DNA of 63,882 nt, from assembly GCA_964460485.1 (NCBI GenBank), contig CAYWRY010000003.1:1-63882 (forward strand), given 5' to 3'. Below the pieces are notes generated by a model. The model made no database searches and was not told the DNA's origin. It was given only the letters and a program-made list of their open reading frames with translations. This DNA is from an uncultured Spirochaetales bacterium. GTDB lineage: Bacteria > Myxococcota_A > UBA9160 > UBA6930. A program made the position numbers and the translations under genes. Each line of letters opens with the position of its first letter. Within the stretch, counting starts at the first letter, position 1. Shown here piece after piece: positions 30,065 to 41,450 of the stretch.

Positions 30065-30315
30065 CGTCCCCCCGTCTCTCGTCTGTCGATCTCGGATCGG
30101 TCGATCTAGCTTCGGCTACCGCATCTCACCGCACGCCGACGTCGGGGCGGGATGCGGAGCGGCGCGCCGTCGAGACGCCGACCAACGCCGAGGCGACCGA
30201 GAGATCGCGGAGGGGCGAGGAGGGGGCTCGCCGAGCGACGCCGAGCTCGCTCTTGTGTTGTTCTCGCTCCCGTCGCCAATAACAAGTTGCCGATCGGCTT
30301 CCGAGTCTATGCGAG

Positions 30316-30331
30316 TGGCATGGCGCGAGCA
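30316..30331 (+). promoter_or_regulatory. Possible sigma54 promoter upstream of rsmD
   Basis: TGGCATG-GCGC-GAGCA; good -24 box, poor -12 box. Confidence 0.3.
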
Positions 30332-30423
30332 ATGCGAAATCTTCGCGGGGGCGTCAGAAAAATTTCGCGTGTCGACGAAAAATCGGCTTGCGTTCCCTGC
30401 GGGAGCGAGAACGGAGCGCGCTG

Positions 30424-31008
30424 ATGCGCATCACCGGCGGAGAATTCGCTGGCCGCACGCTGCGCGTGCCGCGCGGAGCCGTGCGTCCCACCGCCGAGCG
30501 CGTGCGCGAGGCGGTGTTCTCCATGCTCGCGCATCGCGGTGCGCTCGCGGGCGCGCGCGTGCTCGACGCGTTCGCCGGAAGCGGCGCGCTCGGGCTCGAG
30601 GCGCTGTCGCGCGGCGCGGCGCACGCGCTGTTCGTGGAGAAGTCGCGCGACGCGGCAGCGGTGCTCGCGGCGAACGTCGCCGCGCTCGGTGTGGCGGGCC
30701 GGGCGCGGGCCGTCACGCGGGAGGCGACGTCGGCGCTGCGCGCGCTCGCGAGCGAAGGCGCGCGCTTCGATCTCTGCTTCGTGGATCCGCCCTACGCCTC
30801 GGGTCTCGCTGCGCGCACGCTCGGCCTTCTGGCCGAGAGCGGGCTGCTCGCGCCGCGCGCGGTGCTGGTGGCGGAGTCGGATCGCCGGCATGCTCCCGGG
30901 CCGATTGCAGGGCTCGCGCTTGCACTCGAACGCCGTTACGGCGACACACTCATCTCGCTTTACGTGCTCGCGAATTCCCCCGAAACCGCCGGAGAGTCTC
31001 CCGCATGA
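30424..31008 (+). CDS. rsmD: 16S rRNA m2G966 methyltransferase
   Basis: MRITGGEFAGR, VRPTAERVREAVF, LDAFAGSGALGLEALSRGA, FVDPPY, RRYGDT. Confidence 0.93.
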   Translation: MRITGGEFAGRTLRVPRGAVRPTAERVREAVFSMLAHRGALAGARVLDAFAGSGALGLEALSRGAAHALFVEKSRDAAAVLAANVAALGVAGRARAVTREATSALRALASEGARFDLCFVDPPYASGLAARTLGLLAESGLLAPRAVLVAESDRRHAPGPIAGLALALERRYGDTLISLYVLANSPETAGESPA

Positions 31009-31502
31009 GCCACGAGCCTGGCCTCGCGCTCTTCCCCGCCAGCTTCGACCCGCTGACGAACGGTCACCTCGACTTGGTGAAGCGCGCGAGCCGCGTCTTC
31101 CCGCGCCTCGTCGTGGCGATCGCGCACAACGTGAACAAGCGGGGCACCTTCAGCGTCGAGGAGCGCCTCGAGATGCTGCACGCGGCGCTCGGCACGATGC
31201 CCGGCGTCGAGGTGACGGAGTTTCAGGGGCTGGTCGTCGACTACGCCCAGCGGATCGGCGCGCGCACCATCGTGCGCGGCCTGCGCGCCAACGCGGATTT
31301 CGAGTACGAGTTCGAGATGGCGCTGATGAATCGCCACATGCGCCCGGAGATCGAGACGCTCTTCCTGATGACCAGCCAGGAGTACTTCTACGTCAGCTCC
31401 TCGCGCCTCAAGGAGTTGGTGAGCTTCGGAGCGGACGTCTCGGAGTGGGTGCCGCCGCTGGTCGAGTCCTACCTGAAGAAGAAGTTCGGCGCGCAGGCCT
31501 AG
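31005..31502 (+). CDS. coaD: Phosphopantetheine adenylyltransferase
   Basis: ALFPASFDPLTNGHLD, VRGLRANADFEYEFEMA, VSSSRLKE. Confidence 0.95.
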   Translation: MSHEPGLALFPASFDPLTNGHLDLVKRASRVFPRLVVAIAHNVNKRGTFSVEERLEMLHAALGTMPGVEVTEFQGLVVDYAQRIGARTIVRGLRANADFEYEFEMALMNRHMRPEIETLFLMTSQEYFYVSSSRLKELVSFGADVSEWVPPLVESYLKKKFGAQA

Positions 31503-31548
31503 CGCCGGCTCCGCGCTTTCGGGCAAGCGCCGAGGCGCGCCCGCCGAT

Positions 31549-32937
31549 GTGCGCAACATGGACGAGATCCGCTTCGGGACGAACGGCTGGCGCGGGGTGC
31601 CGGGCCGCGGATTCAGCGCGGCGGGCGCGGCGCGCTTGGCGCGGGCGCTCGCGCGCGCGCTCGCTCGCGCGGGGCGTGGCCGGCAGGTGGTGTTCGGCTT
31701 CGACACGCGCGCCGACGCCGACGCGATCGCCGAGCAGGCGGCCGGCGTGTTCTCGGGAGCCGGCGGCGACGCACTGCTCTGCGACCGAGCCCTGCCGACC
31801 CCCGTGATCGGCTTTCTGGTCCGCGCGCGGCGTGCCGCCGGCGGCTTCGTCGTGACCGCAAGCCACAACTCGCCCGAGTACCTCGGCGTGAAGATCCTCG
31901 CGGCGGGTGGCGAGGGCGCGCCGCGCCGGTTCGTGGACGCGCTCGCCGCGAGCGCGAACGCGGCCGCGCAGCGCGAGGGCGCGCCGCCCGGGCGGGCGCG
32001 CCCCCTGCGCGATCCCGCGCGCCGCTACCTCGCGCGCCTCGAGACGTTGGTCGACACGCGGGCCGTGCGCCGCGCCCGACCGCGCGTGCTGTACGACGCG
32101 ATGCACGGCACAGGCGCCGGCGTCGCCGACCGCGCGCTCGCGCTGCTGGGCGCCCGCGTCGAGGTGATGCGCTGCGAGCGCGATGTGCGCTTCGGCGGCG
32201 GCGCTCCCGACCCCGTCCGCGGCCGCCTGCACGGGCTGATGCGCGCCGTGCGTGCTGGCGGGTTCGACCTCGGCCTGGCGAGCGATGGCGACGCCGATCG
32301 CTTCGCGCTCGTCGACGCGCGCGGACGCCTGCTCAGCGAAACACAGGCGCTGGCGCTGCTGGTCGATCAGCTCGGGGCGACGCGCTCGCTGCCGCGGGGC
32401 TTTGCGCTCTCCGCTGCCACCGGCTCGCTGGCCGAGCGCGTCGCCCGGGCGCACGGCCTCGCCGTCCGGCGCGTCGGCCTCGGCTTTTCGCCCCTCGCGG
32501 CGGCGCTCCGCGAGGGCCGAGCCGACGTCGCGGGCGAGGAGAGCGGTGGCTTCGCCTGGCGTCCCATGGGATTCGATAAGGATGGGATCCTCGCGGGGGC
32601 CTTGGCGCTCGAGGCGGCCGCCAGCGAGCCACTCCACGAGCGGGTCGCACGGCTCGAGCGCGTCCACGGGCGGTCTGCCTGTGGGCGAATCGCGCTGCCC
32701 GCGAGCCCCGTCGCACGGCGGCGACTCGCACGGCTCGTCGCGGATCCGCCGGAGCGCGTGGGCGGCGCCCGGGTCTCGTCGACCGAAGTCGGTGACGGAT
32801 TGCGGGCGAGCTTCGCCGACGGCTTCCTGTATTGGCGCGCGTCGGGCACCGAGCCAGTGATCCGCGTCTACGCGGAAGCCGCGACGGCCGCCGCGCTCGC
32901 GCGACGGCTGGCCGCGGGCGCCGCGAGGCTCCGGTAG
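31549..32937 (+). CDS. Phosphoglucomutase/phosphomannomutase family protein
   Basis: FGTNGWRG, TASHNSPEY, SDGDADR, GEESGG, RASGTEPVIRVYAE. Confidence 0.9.
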   Translation: MRNMDEIRFGTNGWRGVPGRGFSAAGAARLARALARALARAGRGRQVVFGFDTRADADAIAEQAAGVFSGAGGDALLCDRALPTPVIGFLVRARRAAGGFVVTASHNSPEYLGVKILAAGGEGAPRRFVDALAASANAAAQREGAPPGRARPLRDPARRYLARLETLVDTRAVRRARPRVLYDAMHGTGAGVADRALALLGARVEVMRCERDVRFGGGAPDPVRGRLHGLMRAVRAGGFDLGLASDGDADRFALVDARGRLLSETQALALLVDQLGATRSLPRGFALSAATGSLAERVARAHGLAVRRVGLGFSPLAAALREGRADVAGEESGGFAWRPMGFDKDGILAGALALEAAASEPLHERVARLERVHGRSACGRIALPASPVARRRLARLVADPPERVGGARVSSTEVGDGLRASFADGFLYWRASGTEPVIRVYAEAATAAALARRLAAGAARLR

Positions 32938-32997
32938 CTCGGAGAGGCGATGCGGCTACCTTGGCCGGACGCGACTCCCCGCCCGAAGGATCGACCG

Positions 32998-34209
32998 ATG
33001 ACGAAGCGGCGCGTTCTTCTGGTCGTGAGCGGCGGCATCGCGGCCTACAAGGCGCCCGAGCTGGTGCGCGCGCTGGTGCGGAACGGGCACACGGTGCGCT
33101 GCGTCCTCACGCCGGCGGCCGCGCAGTTCGTCGCGCCCCTCGCCCTGCAAGCCGTGTCGGGCGAGCCGGTGCGCAGCGCGCTGTTCGACCTCGGCGAGGA
33201 GAGCCGCATCGGTCACATCGAGCTCGCCGACTGGGCAGAGCTGGTGATCGTGGCGCCTGCCACCGCGGACCTGCTCGCGAAGATGGCCCACGGCCTCGCC
33301 GACGACCTCGCCTCGACACTGCTGCTCGCGACCCGCGCGCCCGTGCTCGCTGCCCCGGCGATGAACGTGAACATGTGGAGCCACGCCGCGACGCAGGCGA
33401 ATCTGGCGACGCTTCGCGCGCGCGGCGTTCGCTTCGTGGGACCCGACGCGGGCGAGCTGGCGTGCGGCTGGGAGGGGGTCGGACGCATGAGCGAGCCCGC
33501 CGCGATCGCGGCAGAGGTGGAGCTCGCGTTCGCCACGCGGAGCCTCGCGGGCGCGCGCGTGGTGGTGACCGCGGGCGGAACGCGCGAGCCGATCGACCCC
33601 GTGCGCGCGCTGACCAATCGCAGCTCGGGGAAGATGGGCTTCGCGCTCGCAGCCGAGGCCGCCCTGCGCGGCGCCGAGAGCATCCTGATCGCGGGCCCTA
33701 CCGCGCAGCCGACGCCGCCCGGCGTGCGGCGCGTCGACGTCGAGTCCGCCCTCGACATGCGCGCGGCCGTGCTCCGCGAGCAGGCAGGCGCCGCGGTCGT
33801 GGTGATGGCGGCCGCGGTCGCCGACTTCCGGCCGGCGAATTCTTCGGCGCGCAAGATCAAGAAGGAGGAGCTGGCGGAGGGCGCCGGGATCACGCTCGAG
33901 CTCGTGCCGAACCCCGACATCCTCGCCGAGATCAGCCGCGGGCGCGGCGCGCGCATCGTGGTGGGCTTCGCGGCCGAGAGCCACGACGTGCTCAAGGCCG
34001 CGCGGCGCAAGCTCGCGCGCAAGGGCTGCGACCTGCTCGTCGCGAACGACATCTCGCGCAGCGACGCCGGTTTCGAGAGCGACGAGAACGCCGTCACACT
34101 GCTCACGCCCGACGGAGAGGTCGAGGAGCTGCCGCTGCTCTCCAAGCGCGAGGTGGCCGCGCGCATCTTCGATCGCATCGAGAAGCTGCGCGAAGGGCGC
34201 CGCGCATGA
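32998..34209 (+). CDS. coaBC: Bifunctional phosphopantothenoylcysteine decarboxylase/ligase
   Basis: SGGIAAYKA, APATADLLAK, PAMNVNMW, GELACGWEGVGRM, TAGGTREPIDPVR.LTNRSSGKMG, AAVADFRP, VGFAAES. Confidence 0.96.
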   Translation: MTKRRVLLVVSGGIAAYKAPELVRALVRNGHTVRCVLTPAAAQFVAPLALQAVSGEPVRSALFDLGEESRIGHIELADWAELVIVAPATADLLAKMAHGLADDLASTLLLATRAPVLAAPAMNVNMWSHAATQANLATLRARGVRFVGPDAGELACGWEGVGRMSEPAAIAAEVELAFATRSLAGARVVVTAGGTREPIDPVRALTNRSSGKMGFALAAEAALRGAESILIAGPTAQPTPPGVRRVDVESALDMRAAVLREQAGAAVVVMAAAVADFRPANSSARKIKKEELAEGAGITLELVPNPDILAEISRGRGARIVVGFAAESHDVLKAARRKLARKGCDLLVANDISRSDAGFESDENAVTLLTPDGEVEELPLLSKREVAARIFDRIEKLREGRRA

Positions 34210-35618
34210 AGCAAGCAGTCGCCCTCGCCTGGGCGCTCCTCCTCGCGCTCGCGGCGCCCGCGTGGGGCGAAGGGGAGGAGAGCGCGACCTCGGCGCCGCG
34301 TGCCGAGGTGGCGCTCGAGGCCGCCGCGCCCGAGGACGTGCCCGAGCGCAAGGGCGCCGTGATCGTGGTGCAGGTCGAGGGACCGATCGGGCCGCCGTCG
34401 GCCGACTACCTGGTGAGCGCCATCGACGAGGCCGCCGAGTCCCACGCCGCGCTGCTGCTGATCGAGCTCGACACGCCCGGCGGCTACCTGAACTCCACCC
34501 AGGAGATCGTGCGCGCGATGCTGCGCGCGGACGTGCCGATCGCGGTGTTCGTTCCGCGCGGCGCCTGGGCCGCCTCCGCCGGAACCTTCATCACGCTGGC
34601 CGGCCACGTCGCCGCGATGGCGCCCGGCTCGAGCATCGGCGCGGCGCACCCGATCTCGGTCGGCGGCAACAACGAGCGCCGGCCTGCGGACCCGGAGGAC
34701 GAAGCGCCCGCGCCGCCGTCCGACCTGGCGCTCGAGAAGGCGGAGAACTTCACCGCATCGTTCATCGAGTCGATCGCGCGCGAGCGCGGCCGCAACGTGG
34801 AGTGGGCGGCGAAGGCGGTGCGCGAGTCGGTCGCGATCTCGGCAGACGAGGCTGCGGAGCTCGAGGTGATCGACCTCGTCGCCGGCAGCCGCGAGGAGCT
34901 GCTCGAGGCGATTGACGGCCGCGTCGTGAAGCTCGGGCGGTCGTCGGTGCGGCTGGCCGTGCGCAACGCCGAGATCCGCGAGCGCCAGATGGGCGCGCTG
35001 GCGCGGCTGCTCCACGCCATCTCGGATCCCTCCTGGGCGTTCCTGATCCTGCTGGCGGGCGCGGCGCTCGTGTGGCTCGAGCTCAACACGCCGGGCATCG
35101 GCGTTCCCGGCGTGCTCGGCACCGTGTGCCTGATCGTGGGCGCCGTGGCGCTGCAGATGATCCCGTTCTCGTGGCTGGGCCTCGGCCTGTTCTTCGGCGG
35201 CTTCGCGCTCGTGGCCGCGGAGCTGTTCGTGGGCGCCTACGGCCTGCTGCTCGCTGCGGGGCTGGTCTGCCTGCTGGCCGGGGGCTCGATGATCTTCGAG
35301 CGACCCGACGTCTCGGACCTCGACGTGCCGTTCTGGTCGATCGTGGTGCCGGTGGTCGTCAGCTTCGCGGCCTTCGGCGCCGTGGCCAGCTTTGCGGTGG
35401 GGCGCGTGCTGCGCCGTCCGAGCCGGGTGGGCGAGGGCGAGTTGTTGGGGATGCGCGGCGTGGCCTCGACTTCGCTCGCGCCCTCGGGCACGGTTGCGCT
35501 GCGCGGCGAGCTGTGGAGCGCGGACGCGGACGGCGAGATCGCGGCGGGCGAGCCCGTCGAGGTGATCGCCGTCGACGGCATGCGGCTGCGTGTGCGGCGC
35601 TCCGCGACGCGAGGCTGA
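34206..35618 (+). CDS. nfeD: NfeD-family membrane serine protease (long form)
   Basis: Signal peptide; ELDTPGG, AASAGTFI, MAPGSSIGAAHP, DLALEKAEN; hydrophobic core; C-terminal OB-like GTVALRGELWSA. Confidence 0.9.
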   Translation: MKQAVALAWALLLALAAPAWGEGEESATSAPRAEVALEAAAPEDVPERKGAVIVVQVEGPIGPPSADYLVSAIDEAAESHAALLLIELDTPGGYLNSTQEIVRAMLRADVPIAVFVPRGAWAASAGTFITLAGHVAAMAPGSSIGAAHPISVGGNNERRPADPEDEAPAPPSDLALEKAENFTASFIESIARERGRNVEWAAKAVRESVAISADEAAELEVIDLVAGSREELLEAIDGRVVKLGRSSVRLAVRNAEIRERQMGALARLLHAISDPSWAFLILLAGAALVWLELNTPGIGVPGVLGTVCLIVGAVALQMIPFSWLGLGLFFGGFALVAAELFVGAYGLLLAAGLVCLLAGGSMIFERPDVSDLDVPFWSIVVPVVVSFAAFGAVASFAVGRVLRRPSRVGEGELLGMRGVASTSLAPSGTVALRGELWSADADGEIAAGEPVEVIAVDGMRLRVRRSATRG

Positions 35619-35648
35619 CTGACGCGGGCGGGCCCGCGTGGAGGGAAC

Positions 35649-36416
35649 ATGGCGCTGGCTCCCCTGATCGTCCTGGCAATCGCCGCAATGCTGCTCCTGA
35701 TGGGTGCGAAGGTGTTGCCCGAGTACGAGCGCGGCGTCGTGCTGCGGCTCGGCCGCCTTTCCGGCGTGAGGGGTCCGGGCTTCGTCTGGATCATTCCCTT
35801 CGTCGACTCGCTGACGCGGATCAGCCTGCGCGAGATCGTGATGGACGTGCCGCCGCAAGAGGTCATCACGCGCGACAACGTCTCGGTGAAGGTGAACGCG
35901 GTGATCTACTTCCGCGTGCTGCAGCCCGAGAAGGCGCTGCTCCAGGTGGAGAACTACCTCTACGGCACCTCGCAGCTCTCGCAGACGACGCTGCGCAGCG
36001 TGCTGGGGCAGGCGGAGCTCGACGAGCTGCTCTCGGAGCGCGAGTCCATCAACCGCCGCCTGCAGGCGATCATCGACCAGCAAACCGAGCCGTGGGGCGT
36101 GAAGGTCCGCAACGTCGAGGTGAAGCAGATCGACCTGCCGCCGGACATGCAGCGCGCGATGGCGAAGCAGGCCGAGGCGGAACGCGAGAAGCGCTCGAAG
36201 ATCATTCGCGCCGAGGGCGAGGCGCAGGCCGCGCAGCGGCTGGCGGACGCCTCGCGCACGCTCGCGCAGGAGCCCGCGGCGCTGCAGCTCCGCTACCTGC
36301 AGACGATCGCCGAGATGGCGACGATGCAGAACGCCAGCACGATCGTGTTCCCGTTGCCGATCGAGCTGCTGAAGCCCTTCCTCGAGGGCGTGCGCCAGAG
36401 GCCGCAGGCGAGCTGA
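35649..36416 (+). CDS. Stomatin/slipin (SPFH) protein
   Basis: [53 protein letters not shown]. Confidence 0.95.
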   Translation: MALAPLIVLAIAAMLLLMGAKVLPEYERGVVLRLGRLSGVRGPGFVWIIPFVDSLTRISLREIVMDVPPQEVITRDNVSVKVNAVIYFRVLQPEKALLQVENYLYGTSQLSQTTLRSVLGQAELDELLSERESINRRLQAIIDQQTEPWGVKVRNVEVKQIDLPPDMQRAMAKQAEAEREKRSKIIRAEGEAQAAQRLADASRTLAQEPAALQLRYLQTIAEMATMQNASTIVFPLPIELLKPFLEGVRQRPQAS

Positions 36417-36462
36417 GGGCGAGCGGCGGCGCCATGCCTCGCCGTCGCGCGCCCTGTGCCGT

Positions 36463-37539
36463 TCACGTGCGCACGCGCGCCAGCAGGACTACGCCGAGCG
36501 CGGCGTAGGCACCGAGCGTGAGCCAGGGGAACGCGACCGCGAGATCGGGCGAGCGCGCGGCGAAGGTCGATCCCATGTCGCGCGCGAGCAAGAACGCGAC
36601 GAGCAGGGCGGCGCCTTGCAGCGCGGCGCGAGCGAGGCTGCGCCGACCCTCGCTGCGCAGCGCGAGCGGGATCGCGAGCAGCGCGAACACGACCACGACG
36701 GGCGGCCCGCTCAGCCGGTTGTGCAGCACGATGCGCGCGTCGCCGGCGTCGGTTCCGCCGGCGGTGCGCGCGGCCACGTAGCGCCGCAGCGTCGCGAGCG
36801 GGAGCCCCGCCAGCTCGTTGCGGCGCAGGTGCGGGCTGCGATCGCTCGCGAGCGCCAGCGCGGCGCGCGCCTCGCGGCGCTCGCGCGGCGCCTCGGCGCG
36901 CGCGCTCGGGTCGATCTCGCGGATGCGCGCGTCCACGAACTCCCAGCGCTGCGGCGCCAGGCGTCGCGCGCGCGCCGCGGTGATCGTGCGCACCAGCCGG
37001 CCGGCTGCGTCGCGCTCGTAGACTCGGATCTCGCGTACCAGACCGCCGCGATTCACCTCGCCCGCGGAATAGACGACGCGGCCCGCGTGATACCAGACGC
37101 CGCCCGCCCGCACGCGCACGTCGCCGCCATCCGGGCTCTCGCGCGCGGCGAGCGCGCCCGCCGCCCGCACGCTCACGCGCTCGATCGCGGCGAAGTGGAG
37201 CGCGGCGAGGCCCACTGCGAGCACGAGCAGCGGTGCGAGCGCAACGCGCGGCGAGATCCCGCCCGCGCGCAGCGCGAGGATCTCGCGGTGGAGCGTGGCG
37301 CCGCCCGCGCACCAGAAGGCGGCCACGAAGGATGCGATCGGGATCAGATACTCCGCGTAGGTCGCCGCGCTGCGCTCGAGCGAGAGGCGCAGCGCGGCGG
37401 CGAAGGAGTCGGCCTGCTCGGCGAGGCTCGCGAGATGGAGCATGGCGTCGACGGCGAACAGCAGGAGCGCCAGAATCGCGAACGACGCCAGGAAGGCGCC
37501 CCCGAAGCGCGCCGCGAAGTGCCGCCAGACCGTGAACAC
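36463..37539 (-). CDS. LptF/LptG-family LPS export permease
   Basis: Three N-terminal TM helices, EILALRAGGIS signature, periplasmic beta-region, three C-terminal TM helices. Confidence 0.8.
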   Translation of the reverse strand: MFTVWRHFAARFGGAFLASFAILALLLFAVDAMLHLASLAEQADSFAAALRLSLERSAATYAEYLIPIASFVAAFWCAGGATLHREILALRAGGISPRVALAPLLVLAVGLAALHFAAIERVSVRAAGALAARESPDGGDVRVRAGGVWYHAGRVVYSAGEVNRGGLVREIRVYERDAAGRLVRTITAARARRLAPQRWEFVDARIREIDPSARAEAPRERREARAALALASDRSPHLRRNELAGLPLATLRRYVAARTAGGTDAGDARIVLHNRLSGPPVVVVFALLAIPLALRSEGRRSLARAALQGAALLVAFLLARDMGSTFAARSPDLAVAFPWLTLGAYAALGVVLLARVRT

Positions 37540-37558
37540 GGCCTAGGAGACTAACCCG

Positions 37559-38509
37559 TTGCGAGTCGTGAGAGGCAGCGCGCAGCTCTCCGCGCCGCTC
37601 CCGTGCTGCGTGCTCACGGCCGGGAACTTCGACGGCGTGCACGTCGGGCATCAGCGCATCATGGAGACGGTGACCGCGCGCGCGCGCGCCCTGGGCGGCA
37701 CCTCGCTGGTCTACACCTTCGATCCGCATCCGCGCCGCGTGCTCACGCCCGAACGCGCGCCAAAGCTCCTGACGACGCTGGAACAAAAGCTCGAGCTGTT
37801 GGAGGCGCTCGGCGTGGACGCCGTCGTGGTGGAGCCCTTCGACCTCGCCTTCGCGCGCCAGGACGCGGAGCGTTTCGTGCGCTCGGTACTTCACGCGCGC
37901 ATGCGTCCGGTCGAGGTCTACGTCGGGTACGACTTCCACTACGGGCGGGACCGCGAGGGATCGATGCGCACGCTGACCGAGCTCGGCCCGCACCTCGGCT
38001 TCGCGGTCACGATCATTCCCGAGGTGAAGCTCGGCGAGCGCGACGTGAACTCGACCCGCGTGCGCGAGCTGCTCGCGGCCGGCGAGGTCGGGGCTGCGGC
38101 GGAACTGCTCGGCCGCAGCTATCGCGTCCGCGGCACGGTGGCGAAGGGCGACCAGCGCGGGCGCACGATCGGGTTCCCGACCCTGAACCTGGCCGCGGAG
38201 AACGAGATCCTGCCGTGCGTGGGCGTGTATGCGTGCCGCGTCCAGTTCCTCGACGCGGGCCCGCCCGGCCGCGGGCAGTGGTTCGGGGCCGTGGCGAACG
38301 TCGGCCGCCGGCCGACAGTGAAACCGAACGACCCGGTCGCGGTGGAAGCGCACCTGTTCGACTTCTCGGCCGACGCGTACGGACGGCGCATCGAGGTGAC
38401 CTTCGAGGCGCGCCTGCGCGGCGAGCAGCGTTTCCCCAGCCTGGACGCGCTGCGCGAGCAGATCGCGCGCGACTCCGAGGCGGCGCGCACCAGGCTCGCC
38501 GCGGGATGA
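37559..38509 (+). CDS. ribF: Bifunctional riboflavin kinase/FAD synthetase
   Basis: GNFDGVHVGH, TFDPHP, VGYDFHYG, NSTRVRELL, GRTIGFPTLN, NVGRRPT, EAHLFDF, LRGEQRF. Confidence 0.95.
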   Translation: MRVVRGSAQLSAPLPCCVLTAGNFDGVHVGHQRIMETVTARARALGGTSLVYTFDPHPRRVLTPERAPKLLTTLEQKLELLEALGVDAVVVEPFDLAFARQDAERFVRSVLHARMRPVEVYVGYDFHYGRDREGSMRTLTELGPHLGFAVTIIPEVKLGERDVNSTRVRELLAAGEVGAAAELLGRSYRVRGTVAKGDQRGRTIGFPTLNLAAENEILPCVGVYACRVQFLDAGPPGRGQWFGAVANVGRRPTVKPNDPVAVEAHLFDFSADAYGRRIEVTFEARLRGEQRFPSLDALREQIARDSEAARTRLAAG

Positions 38510-39513
38510 ATCCCGAGAAGGGCGGGCGCTTCATCGACCCGCGGCTGGCACTGGGCGCCGTCGTCTCCGTGGCGGCGGTTTGGTTCGCATTCCGCAACGT
38601 GCCGCTCGGTCACCTCGCGCGCACGCTGGCGGGCGCCGACCTGTGGCTGGCGATCGCGCCGTCCGCCGCGGCCTATCTCGCCTCGCTCTGGGTGCGCGCG
38701 CTGCGCTGGCGTCACCTCGCGGCCGGTGTGGGCGAGCTGCCGCTGTCCGCCGCCTACCGCGCCACGGCGATCCGCTTCATGGTGAACAACCTGTTTCCGT
38801 TTCGGCTCGGCGAGCTGGTCGGCCCCTGGGTGGTCTCGCGCGAGGTGGGCGGCTCGGCGGCCGCGTGGTTCGGCACGATCGTGCTCGAGCGCGCGTTCGA
38901 CATGGCTGCGATCATGTCCCTCGCGATCTTCCTGATCGCGGATCGCATAGAGCTGGGGGCATTCCGCGTCGTGGCGTTCGTCCCGATGTTGGGAATCGCA
39001 GCGCTGCGCCTGTGGCCGACGCCGCTGCTGCGCCTCGCGCGGGCGACGCTCACGCGCGTACTGCCTGCGCGCGCCGCGCCGCGGGCAGTCGGCCTGGTCG
39101 AGGGGATCGTGGGCGGGCTCGCGGGCATCCGCGACGCGCGCGGGCTGTGCTTCGTCATCCTGCACACGCTGCTGCTCTGGGTGGTCGTCTCGACGCTCCC
39201 GTTCTACTGCGCGCAGCGCTCGCTCGGCGTGGAGCTCGGCTCGCTTCGCGGCGACCTGGCGGGTGCCCTGATGACCATGGTGGGCGTGGGCGTGGCGGTC
39301 GCGCTGCCCCAAGCGCCAGGTTTCGTCGGCGTCTACCACGCCGCTTGCGTGGCGGTGTTGGTCGCCCTCGGCGTCCCGAAGACCGACGCCCTCGCGGTCG
39401 GGACGCTCGCCCACGCGCTGTTCTGGGTCTCGATCACCGCCTTCGGGCTGCTCGCACTGCGAGGCACGCGCTCCTCCCTCGGCGACGCGCTGCGCGGCGC
39501 GAGCGGGGGCTGA
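38506..39513 (+). CDS. Lysylphosphatidylglycerol synthase TM-domain (UPF0104, flippase-like) protein
   Basis: RALRWRHL, NNLFPFRLGE, TIVLERAFD, LPQAPGFVGVY; multiple TM helices. Confidence 0.85.
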   Translation: MNPEKGGRFIDPRLALGAVVSVAAVWFAFRNVPLGHLARTLAGADLWLAIAPSAAAYLASLWVRALRWRHLAAGVGELPLSAAYRATAIRFMVNNLFPFRLGELVGPWVVSREVGGSAAAWFGTIVLERAFDMAAIMSLAIFLIADRIELGAFRVVAFVPMLGIAALRLWPTPLLRLARATLTRVLPARAAPRAVGLVEGIVGGLAGIRDARGLCFVILHTLLLWVVVSTLPFYCAQRSLGVELGSLRGDLAGALMTMVGVGVAVALPQAPGFVGVYHAACVAVLVALGVPKTDALAVGTLAHALFWVSITAFGLLALRGTRSSLGDALRGASGG

Positions 39514-39603
39514 GCCGCCGCGGCCCGCGTCGCGGCCGGCGGCCCCTGCTGCACCGGCGACGAGCGCAGGCCCAGCCGCGAGCCGCGCCGTTCGCGAAGG
39601 GGT

Positions 39604-39631
39604 TTAAGCCGCCCTCCCTGCGCGCCGATAA
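39604..39631 (+). promoter_or_regulatory. sigma28-type promoter upstream of pilB
   Basis: TTAAG-N15-GCCGATAA; the -10 box is an exact match to the canonical FliA GCCGATAA; 90 nt before TTG 39722. Confidence 0.8.
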
Positions 39632-39721
39632 CCGGGCGGGTTGAAAGACGTTTTCGCGCTGGGGGGGCGTGCCGAGGGGCTGCGCGACCCGTGCGCGGCG
39701 GCGGCAGCGCGGAGAAGTGCA

Positions 39722-41422
<1,701 letters not shown>

Positions 41423-41450
41423 CGAGCGTCAGGAGCGAGAAAACACCCCG

